Of a stretch of DNA of 64,000 nt, positions 49,099-58,714 are shown one piece after another. The translations under genes were made by a program, and so were the position numbers. Every line of letters begins with the position of its first letter. The stretch's first letter is position 1. This DNA is from Mobula hypostoma. Its lineage: Eukaryota. The notes beneath the pieces were generated by a model that saw only the letters and a program-made list of their open reading frames with translations, did not search any database and was not told the DNA's origin. Location of the stretch: NCBI RefSeq assembly GCF_963921235.1, contig NC_086097.1, positions 163,124,001 to 163,188,000 of the forward strand, written 5' to 3'.

Positions 49099-50036
49099 CT
49101 CTCTCATTTTGTTTGTTATGGGTCTTTAGGACTTAATCAAACACCACAAAAGGGTTTCTGCTGGAGTATGATCTTTGGCAGTGAGTTCCAGAACCACTGT
49201 TGTTCCTCAAATCTCCTTTAATTCCCTTTAGTTTGTCCCTACATTAATTTGTCTCCTTCCATGACTTTCTTGATCACTCTGGCTAGATATCTCATAATGT
49301 CGTACACCTTAATTAAACCCCACTTTTGTCTCATTTGGTCCAAGAAAAGTATCCCCAGCCCTATCAGTTTCTCCCAACAACACAGTTCCCCTGACAACAT
49401 CCTCATAAAACTCTTCTATGTTTCCTCTAGAACATTCACAGGCTTCGTGAAGTGGAATGAATAGCCGAGTCATAGCCTGATCTTTCATCTTTTTGTATGG
49501 CTTCTTGGTTTCATCATTCTACACCTTCAATTTCTGCTTGAGCCTCTGGGCTAATCAATTTTTTAAAAAACTGGATCATGTTAAAGAGTCATAGCTTTTG
49601 TTTCTGGAGAGCGCATTCCAAAACTTAGGCCAAGGGTTACCTGTTCCTAAGGGATAAAGTCATAGTGAGATTCATTATTGCAAAAAATAATTGAAATGAT
49701 TATTAATTTTTGCTTCATTATACACACTAGTCAGTGCATACCAGATATCACCTATAAGCAAATTTGCTCCTGCATTTTCTGAGGCAGGATCACTGACATG
49801 AGGCATGAACTGGTTTCTTCCTCCACATATGCTGCTTGGCTGGCTGGATTCTTCCCGTATTTTCTAGTGTTGCTTCATATTCTAGAAACTATAGTTTTAT
49901 TTGTTTTGCTGCATTTTCTACATTGCAAGCATGTTTGCTGAGTCATATAATTACCAAAATTTACAGCACTGAGGTAAAAAACACAACTGAACTTTTCCCT
50001 ATTTATCAGCCCTTGGTTTGTATTCTTGTAGGTCTC

Positions 50037-50282
50037 TGTTATGTTTTGTAACTTCAAAACATTAAACTAATTCAAAGGAAGACATGGGAATCCGAACTAC
50101 GGGTTAACTTCGAGTTTACTTTAAGCAAGGCACGCATGTATCACCTGGTAGTGTGTTGACATATCCAATTTGTGTATTTATACATATAACCCAAAATGGA
50201 TTATTTAAATAAACAACAATGCTTAATCAACAACATATTTACAAGATTACTCAAATATTACTGAAATATTCAATACACAACA
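50037..50282 (-). mobile_element. Solo LTR of the same family as the old Gypsy at 19924-26445
   Basis: TGTT...AACA termini; reverse complement aligns with the LTR at 26198-26440; flanks GTCTC/GTCAC form a 5-bp TSD with one mismatch. Confidence 0.85.
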
Positions 50283-50665
50283 GTCACAACACATCATGTG
50301 CTTGTTCAAGTAATAATGTATAATTCAATATACAACAAAGAGTGTTGTCTGTGTTTTCTGAGCAATTGTTTAATATTTAAAGCATATATTTATCTCTAGA
50401 AAAAATTCTAAGAACAAGAATTGTTTACTATATTGTACTACAATACATTCTTCTCAAATGAATGGGATTATCCATAAAGAGATCAGATGCGAATTCATGT
50501 AATACAAATAGAATGTATCATTTCTTTGTACTCCATTTTAAAATGCTACTTTTTCCAGAACCTTCTCTGTGTAATATACATATAAATGTGAGATATTTAC
50601 TGCTGGGTTAGTCTTCTGAGACTAACCATCCTACAGTCTTAAATGTGAAATTCAAGTGGCCCGCC

Positions 50666-50684
50666 CTGCTCCATCTAGTGGCCA
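50666..50684 (-). promoter_or_regulatory. Candidate CTCF site
   Basis: Minus strand TGGCCACTAGATGGAGCAG closely fits the CTCF core (CCASYAGRKGGCRS) in non-repeat DNA; motif only. Confidence 0.5.
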
Positions 50685-51142
50685 TGTACATGACAGAGGA
50701 TGATTTGAAGTAATACAGGAAATGTTGAGAATACTCTCTTATCAGACAGCATCTATGGGGCCATACTAGAATTGATTACATGGATTCTTAATGGAACAAG
50801 GTTGTTTTAAAATGAGATGCACTGCTGGCATATTGTATGTCATTGAATATGTTTTTTTTGCGAGAGCAGCACATCGCAATATATCATAAAAAAACCTATC
50901 CAAGGATGCTGAGAAGATAAATGTTAGACAGGTTTCACATTGCTTTGTAAAAATGAAGGTAATATAGTAGATACTGCATAAAACAATGTAATACAGGAAC
51001 AGGCCCTTGGGCCCACAGTAGTGTGCCAAACTAATTAAACTATAAATTAAATGTCTTTATAAAGGATTTCCTTCTGCTTTCACAATGTATACATCCCTCC
51101 ATCTCTGCACATTCATATGCCCAAGGATCTCTTAAATACCTC

Positions 51143-51282
51143 ACAAACAAGAGAAAATCAGCAGATGCTGGAAATCCAAGCAACACACACAAAATGCTGA
51201 AGGAACTCAGCAGGCCGGGCAGCATCTATAGAAAAGAGTACAGTTGGTGTTTCGGGCCGAGACCCTTCAGCAAGACTGGAGA
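51143..51282 (-). mobile_element. Penelope-tail-derived short element (decayed hammerhead) inside a CR1 3' remnant
   Basis: rc: cagtcttgctgaagggtctcggcccgaaacaccaactg...gatgctgcccggcctgctgagttccttcagcattttgtgtgtgttgcttggatttccagcatctgc. Confidence 0.8.
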
Positions 51283-51777
51283 AAAAAAGATCTCAGTCGG
51301 ATTTGCCTCTATCATTCTTGACAGTGCATTCCAGGCACCTACCAGTCTTTGTGTGAAAAACTTGTGCTGTACGTCTCCTGTGAATTTAGCTGGTATACAA
51401 GTTTTATTCATTGGCTTACATTGGATAAGGATCTCAAATACATTCTTATGCACAAATCCAGCCTAATAAAACTTACTAGAACTGTTAATCAGGCGTGATC
51501 ATGAAAACCATTGTCACGACGTACATATACTTCTCACAGCCTTAGGAGAGCAGCCAACATAATCAAATACACCATCCACCCATAAAGCTCAAAGAAAACT
51601 TCTACTCCACTGTTATATACTGTTGAATGGACCACCTTCTTCTTAAGCCCATCACTCATACTGATTGCCAATAGCAGCTCACTAGAGTCCTTTGTCCAAG
51701 ATCAGTCTCCCAAGTTTTCACAGGTATAGCCCATCTTCTTGGTGAATCCTTCCTCTCCCATGGATCAAAGTCAAGCT

Positions 51778-52349
51778 CAGAATCAGAATCAGGTTAATAT
51801 CACTGCTGGCATATTGTATGTCAGGAAATATGTTGTTTTGAGACAGCAGCACATTGCAATATATCATTAAAAAACTATAATATACGTTAAGAAAAAGGTA
51901 TATATAAAATAATTAGTTAAAAAAAAGAGAGCAGAAAAATGATTAGAAAGTGTGGCACAATACATGGGTTCATTGTCTGTCCAGAAATCTGTTGGTGGGG
52001 AAGAAACTATTCTTAAAATGTTGAGTGTGTATCTTTAGGCTCCTTTACCTCCTTCTTGATGGTAGCAATGAGAAGAGGGCACGTCCTGTATGATGGGAAT
52101 CCTTTTTGAGGCATCAACTTTTGAAGATGTCCTCGATGCTGGGGAGGCTGGTGCCCATGATAGAGTTGGCTGAGTGTGCAACTTTCTGCAGTTTTTTCCA
52201 ATCCTGTGCAGCGACCCCTCTATACTAGAAGGTGATGCAAACAGTTAGATTGTTCTCCATGGTACGTCTGTAGAAATTTGTGCGTGTCTTCAGTGACATA
52301 CCAAGTCTCCTCAAGCTCTTAATGAAATATAGCTGCTGTCATACTTTCT
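51778..52349 (-). mobile_element. Rex1/Babar-like LINE 3' part (continues at 57251-57620 beyond the RTE)
   Basis: (agaatc)n tail; homologous to 29480-29840; resumes after the RTE TSD. Confidence 0.75.
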
Positions 52350-55250
52350 TTCTCTCCTGGGTATGAGGATAAACTACATCCGGCTGTGGAGCATTTGCTT
52401 TGGGTAATGAGGTTACCATTAACCACAGCTACCTCTGGGTCACACTTAGGCAAGGTGTAGCACCTGTTAGCCTCCCTACTTGGGTTACAGTGAAGCCACG
52501 GAATGCAGGTGGTGGATGAAGCGGAAGGCAAGTTGTGAGTAACACAATCGATGGTTCCTGCTTCTCAGACGCTGAGCAGTAGATCCTTTTAATAGGACAA
52601 TGGTCAGGGTCACCGATCTTGTAAAGATACTGCTTCAGAAGCAAGCAAGGGGAAGCTACTTCTATTTTATCCCTCGTACAATCATGGTTAATACATACAC
52701 AAATGTAAAAGACAGCAGCGTAAATGGCAGCCCACTTCCAAATAGTGCGGACACCTCGCTCGGTACAGGATATCACGTAAACAGACAGGTGAGGCCGGAT
52801 CGTCATACCACGACTGTCTGCAAGAACAAGAGACTGCGAATTGCCATGTTCAAACCCTGCACCAAGCTGGTAAGCTAGAAAACATAAAATCAGAAATGAA
52901 GAGGCTAGAAGTCAGCATCCTAGGCCTGAGTGAAATAAGATGGAAAGGCACTTGAGTATTCCAATCAGACGACTATAGGATGAGATACTCTGGTGGAGAT
53001 AAACATGAAAAGGGTATTGCAATCATCTTAGACAAAGAAACATCCAAGAGCCTGCTAGGATACTGGCATATCTCAGACAGAATGATGCTAATCAAACTAA
53101 AAGGACAAGGAAACAACATCTCTATCATCCAAGTATATGCACCCACAATAGCAAGCTCAGGAAGAAACTGATGCCTTCTCCCACTCCCTAGACAAAGCTC
53201 CAGAAGAATGCAAATCACAAGAAGCCATCATAGTCATGGGCGACTTCAATGCAAAGGTTGGTGAGGGAAGAGAAGACCATATTGTTGGAGACCAGAGATT
53301 GGGAGAAAGAAATGAAAGAGGAGAAAAGCTTATATCATGGTGTAAAACAATCAATCAGATAATCACCAACACTTGGTTTAAACAACATCCAAGAAGGAAA
53401 TGGACATGGAGAAGCCCAGATGGGAACAACAGAAATCAAATCGACTACATAGCAATCAATAACAGATTCAAAAACTTGATAACTCAATCTAAAAGCTATC
53501 CTGGAGCAGACTGTGGAAGCAACCACATACCAGTCATTTGCAAAATGAAAATAAAGATGAGAAAATTAAAGAAACCAAAAAGATCAGAACCACTGGATTA
53601 TCAACAACTACAAAACAACCCTCATCTGAAAACAGAATACACAATCAAGATGAAAAACCGTTTTCAATTGCTGCAGGATGAAGGAGGCAAATCATCCTGG
53701 GACATACTGAAGGAATCCATGGTTGTAGCTGCAAAAGAAACCAACCCACGAAAAGAACGGAAAAGTAAGAAGAAATGGATAACTGAAGATATAATACAAT
53801 TGATGCAACAAAAACAGACCATCAAACTAAGAGACAGCGAAGAATACAAACAACTTGATAAGACAATAAAAAGAAAATGCAGAGAAGCTAAAGACAGATG
53901 GCTAAATGAGAAATGCTCCAAGATTGAAATGCTGTAAATTCATAACCCTGGAACAAAGTTGATGCACAATAAGATTAAAGAACTAATGGGGAAATTACTT
54001 TGCTCAGCAAGTGGATGCATCAAGGCAAAAGATGGCGGCTTGATTATGAACAAAGAGGAAATCCTAATCAGATGGACAGAATATATAAAAGAACTTTTTG
54101 AAGAGGAGAAAAACCAAACATAAAGAAGAATCTTGAAGGATCTAGCATTCTAAAATCAGAAATTCGAGCAGCCATAAATAAAACAAAACATAACAGAGCA
54201 ACTGGTCCAGACAACATCGCTGTTGAAATGATACTGGCGTTAGAAGATTTTGGAATAGAGAAAATAACAGAAATAGCAAATGAAATCTATGATCATGGGG
54301 AGATATCTGATGATTTAAGTAAATCAGTGTTCATCACACTTCCAAAGAAAGAGGGAGCAACAGAATGTGAGTTACATCATACAATAAGCCTGATGAGCCA
54401 CGTGGCAAAAATTATTCTCAAAGTAATCATGATGAGAGCAAGATGCTGTATAAAACCAGAAATCAGTAAAGAACAATGCGGCTTTGTGGAAAACACTGGA
54501 ACCAGAAATGCAATTTTCATGCTATGGATGATCTGTGAACGAGCCATCCAGGTACAAAAAGACATCTACCTATGTTTCATTGACTATACAAAAGCTTTTG
54601 ACACTGTCAGACAGCAAGATTTTCTGGAAATGCTTCAAGATCTTGACATAGATGGGAAAGATATATATTTCTTAAGGAACTTATCCTGGGACCAGACAGC
54701 ATCCATCAGAATAGAAGGAGAAGTGAGTGAGTGAGTGAATATCATGAGGGGAGTCAGGCAAGGTTGTGTCTTTTCGCCAGACTTATTCAACCTGTAGAGT
54801 GAAAATATCTTGAGAATTATCAAAGACATCAAAGGATTCACAATTGGAGGCCATAATATAAATAACATCAGATATGCTGATGACATCGTACTAATAGCTG
54901 ACTCAGAAACAAAACTTCAAGAACTACTCACTATAGTGGCAGCAGAAAGTAATCGCAGAGGCCTCTCAATCAACACCAAGAAGACAGAAAGCATGGTCAT
55001 CTCCAGAAAGACAAACATCCCACAATGTGTGATCAAGATCGGAAATACAAACATCAAACAAGCCAACAAATTCAAATATCTTGGCAGCCTAATTACAAGT
55101 AATGGCAGGTGCGACGCAGATATCAAATACAGAATAGCAATGGTGCAAGAAGCTTTCCAAAAAATGAAGACCATATTAATAGACAGAAAGATGAGCATGC
55201 ACACTAAAAACAGAATACTGCAGTGCTACATTTATTCTATCCTGACTTAT

Positions 55251-56160
55251 GGCATCTTTCCCTACCCCCCCCAACTTTCCACAGGGATCGCTCCCTACGC
55301 GACTCCCTTGTCCATTTGTGCCCCCCATCCCTCCCCACTGATCTCCCTCCTGGCACTTACCCTTGTAAGCGGAACAAGTGCTACACATGCCCTTACACTT
55401 CCTCCCTTACCACCATTCAGGGCCCCAGACGGTCCTTCCAGGTGAGGCAACACTTCACCAGTGAGTCGGCTGGGGTGATATACTGCGTCCGGTGCTCCCG
55501 ATGTGGCCTTCTATATATTGGCGAGACCCGATGCAGACTGGGAGACCGCTTTGCTGAACACCTATGCTCTGTTCACCAGAGAAAGCAGGATCTCCCAGTG
55601 GCCACACATTTTAATACCACATCCCATTCTCATTCTGACATGTCTATCCACGGCCTCCTCTACTGTAAGATGAAGCCACACTCAGGTTGGAGGAACAACA
55701 CCTTATATTCCGTCTGGGTAGCCTCCAACCTGATGGCATGAACATTGACTTCTCTAACTTCCGCTAATGCCCCACCTCCCCCTCGTACCCCATCCGTTAT
55801 TTATTTTTATACGCACATTCTTTCTCTCACTCTCCTTTTTCTCCCTCTGTCCCTCTGACTATACCCCTTGCCCATCCTCTGGGTTCCCGCCACCCCCCCG
55901 TCTTTCTCCCCAGACCTCCTGTCCCATGATCCTCTCATATCCCCTTTGCCAATCACCTGTCCAGCTCTTGGCTCCATCCCTCCCCCTCCTGTCTTCTCCT
56001 ATCATTTTGGATCTCCCCCTCTCCTTCCCACTTTCAAATCTCTTACTAGCTCTTCCTTCAGTTAGTCCTGACGAAGGGTCTCGGCCTGAAACGTCGACTA
56101 TACCTCTTCCTAGAGATGCTGCCTGGCCTGCTGCGTTCACCAGCAACTTTGATGTGTGTT
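55251..56160 (+). mobile_element. Penelope-like element 3' part nested in the RTE
   Basis: GIY-YIG in ORF 55223-55741; very similar to the reverse complement of 1120-2030. Confidence 0.93.
56063..56100 (+). ncRNA. Minimal type I hammerhead ribozyme motif (best-preserved copy)
   Basis: TAGTC-CTGACGA-AGG GTCTCGG CCT-GAAA-C-GTC-GACTA: 5-bp stem I, intact core, GUC cleavage triplet. Confidence 0.8.
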
Positions 56161-56182
56161 GAAGTGAATGCTGGACCATTTC

Positions 56183-56857
56183 TTTATACTTTAAACTTTA
56201 TTGTTGCCAAACAATTGATACTGGAACGTACAATCATCACAGCGATAATTGATCCTGCACTTCCCGCTCCCTGGATTACAAATCGATAGTAAATATTAAA
56301 CATTTAAATTATAAATCATAAATAGAAAATAGAAAAATAGAAAGTAAGGTAGTGCAAAAAAGCCGAGAGGCAGGTCCGGATATTTGGAGGGTATGGCCCA
56401 GATCTGGGTCAGGGTCCGTTCAGCAGTCTTATCACAGTTGGAAAGAAGCTGTTCCCAAATCTGGCCATATGAGTCTTCAAGCTCCTGAGCCTTCTCCAGG
56501 AGGGAAGAGGGACGAAAACTGTGTTGGCTGGGTGGGTCGTGTCCTTGATTATCTTGGCAGCACTGCTCCGACAGCGTGCGGTGTAAAGTGAGTCCAAGGA
56601 CGGAAGTTTGGTTTGTGTGATGTGCTGGGCTGTGTTCACGATCTTCTGAAGCTTCTTCCAGTCTTGGACAGGACAACTTCTATAACAGGTTGTGATGCAC
56701 CCTAGAAGAATGCTTTCTACAGTGTATCTATAAAAATTAGTGAGGGTTTCAGGGGACAGGCCAAATTTCTTTAGTTTTCTCAGGAAATAAAGGTGCTGGT
56801 GGGCCTTCTTGGCAGTGGACTCTGCTTGGTTGGACCAAGTCAGGTCATTTGTGATAT
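56183..56857 (-). mobile_element. Rex1/Babar-like LINE 3' fragment nested in the RTE
   Basis: ORF 56409-56639 (LPSLDSLYTARC..IIKDTTHPA..LPSWRRLRSLKT..RFGNSFFP). Confidence 0.8.
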
Positions 56858-57619
56858 GACCTGACTTTCTCCAGCAATGGAAAAGAGATTAGAAGCAGCT
56901 GAATCATGGTTCTACAGGAGAATGCTAAAAATATCATGGACCATACACACATCAAATGAAGAAGTTCTCAGAAGAGCCCAAGAAGTTCGATCACTCATAC
57001 CAATAATAAGAGAAAGACAACTCAGATTCCTAGGACACATCATGCAGAAAGGTGAACTAGAAAAACTCATACTCTCTGGAAAGATTGAGGGGAGAAAACC
57101 TAGAGGAAGACCTCAGCTTATGTACATCAAAAGCCTAGCCAGGTGGCTACACATCAAGGAAATGGAAGTCATCCAAAAAACGAGGGATAGATCTATATGG
57201 AAAACCATGGATACCAAATTATTATCGGATATGGTACCTAGACAGATAGACATACTTCCTCTGTATTTTCATCAATATGTTGGGCCCAGGATATATCATG
57301 ATAGATGTTGACACCTAGGAATTTGAAACTGCTGATCCCCCAATGAGGACTGGAGTGTGTTCCCTTAACTTCCCCTTCTCGAATTCCACAATCAATTCCT
57401 TGGTCTTACTGACATTGAGTGTAAGGTTGTTGTTGCGATACCACTCAACCAGATGATCTATTGCACTTCTGTATGCCTCTTTGTCACCATCTGAAATTCT
57501 GCCAACAATAGTTGTGTCATCGGCAAATAGATGGTGTTTGAGCTGTGCCTAGCCACACAGCTGTAAGTAGAACAGGTTGGGCTAAGCACGTATCCTTGAG
57601 GTGTGCCAGTGTTGATTGA

Positions 57620-57775
57620 GGCCTTTGAAGCTTCTGTTGGCATTTCTGTAGCACTGGATTTTTACAAAATGGGATTGCTAACCCCATGCCCAACCCTCCT
57701 CCTTTTGAGGCTGGGTTTGGGACCATGCATGGCAGAGTTGGTGAATGGACCTGTTGTATGATAAACTCTTGATTT
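57620..57775 (-). mobile_element. RTE-type 5'-end fragment containing a twister-like ribozyme motif
   Basis: rc: ...accaactctgccatgcatggtcccaaacccagcctcaaaaggaggagggttgggcatggggttagcaatcccattttgtaaaaatcc... Confidence 0.6.
57689..57745 (-). ncRNA. Decayed twister ribozyme (type P1-like)
   Basis: Order AA-CUCU-GCC-AUG-CAUGG-UCCCAAAC-CCAG-..-GGAG-GAGGG fits the twister layout UAA-P2-GC..P4-UCCCAAGC-P4'-P2'-GAGGG, with UCCC/GGG pseudoknot partners; 2-3 core changes. Confidence 0.6.
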
Positions 57776-57789
57776 GTCAACCTACAATG

Positions 57790-58440
57790 GATGGAAAGCA
57801 TTAGGCTTGGATGATGTCTCTGGTTGTGTTCTTAGTTCCTGTGAGAATCAGCTGGCAGGAATAATTCCAGATATTTTAAATATCTCCCTGCTTCAGGCTG
57901 TGGTTCTCTCTTGCTTTAAGAAGACCTCTATCATACTGATGCCCAAGAGAAACAAGATAACATGCCTCAACTACTACTGCCAAATGGCTCTGCCATCTAC
58001 TACCATGAAGAACTTTGACAGGCTGGTCATGACACATACCAACTCCAGCTTTACAGACAAATCTCAATCCACTGCCGTTTGTCCACCACTGAAACTAATC
58101 TATGGTGGACGCTACCTCCTAGGCCCTACATTCATTCATAAAGCATTTGGACAGTAAAGACATTACATCAGACTATTATTTATTGACTATAGTTCTGCTT
58201 CATTACTGGTATTTCAAGTAAACTCTAGACCCTGGGAGTCAATGCCTCCCTTTGCAACTGAATCCTTGACTTCCTGACAAATAGACCGTAATCAGTAAGG
58301 ACAGACAGCAACATTTCTATCACGTTTATTCTAAGCACTGCTGCCCTACGAGGTTGTATCCTCACCCCCCTACTGTACAGTCCTGACTGTGGCCAGATTC
58401 TTCTCTAACTCCATCTACAAATTTGCAGATGTTACCATTG
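57790..58440 (+). mobile_element. Rex1/Babar-like RT fragment
   Basis: ORF 57774-58157 (KALGLDDVSG..CFKKTSII..CLNYYCQMAL..MKNFDRLV), then ctacaaatttgcagatg (YKFAD). Confidence 0.7.
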
Positions 58441-58714
58441 TCAGAATCAGAACCAGATTCAATATAACTGGCATAGGTCATGAAATATTTTGATTCGCGG
58501 CAGCAGTACTTTGCAATACATTGTAAAGAACTATAAATTACAATAAAAAATATATATTTAAATTAAATAAAAAATGGAAAAAGAGAGCAAAAAAGGAAAA
58601 TAGTGAGATGGTATACGTAGGTTCAGAAATCTGACGGCAGTGGGAAAGGAGCTCTTCTTGAAACACTGAGTGTGAGTCTTCAGGATTCTGTACCACATCC
58701 TTAATGGCAGCAAT

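Larger units (their letters stand above)
52350..57250 (+). mobile_element. Full-length RTE-clade LINE (APE + RT), decayed, with two nested insertions
   Basis: APE: ILGLSEIRW, IIQVYAPT, MGDFNAKVG, NQIDYI. RT: FIDYTKAFD, GVRQGCVFSP, RYADD, FKYLGSLI. Frame YG|SECWTIS|PAMEKRLEAAESWFYRRMLKISW is split by insertions at 55251-56160 and 56183-56857. TSD CATACTT(T/C)CT at 52340-52349 and 57251-57260. Confidence 0.9.

Noticed and set aside
52382..52453. Canonical HDV-like ribozyme call at the RTE 5' end
   Set aside because: No GG after P1 for P1.1 and no recognisable J4/2; kept only as an unclassified structure finding.
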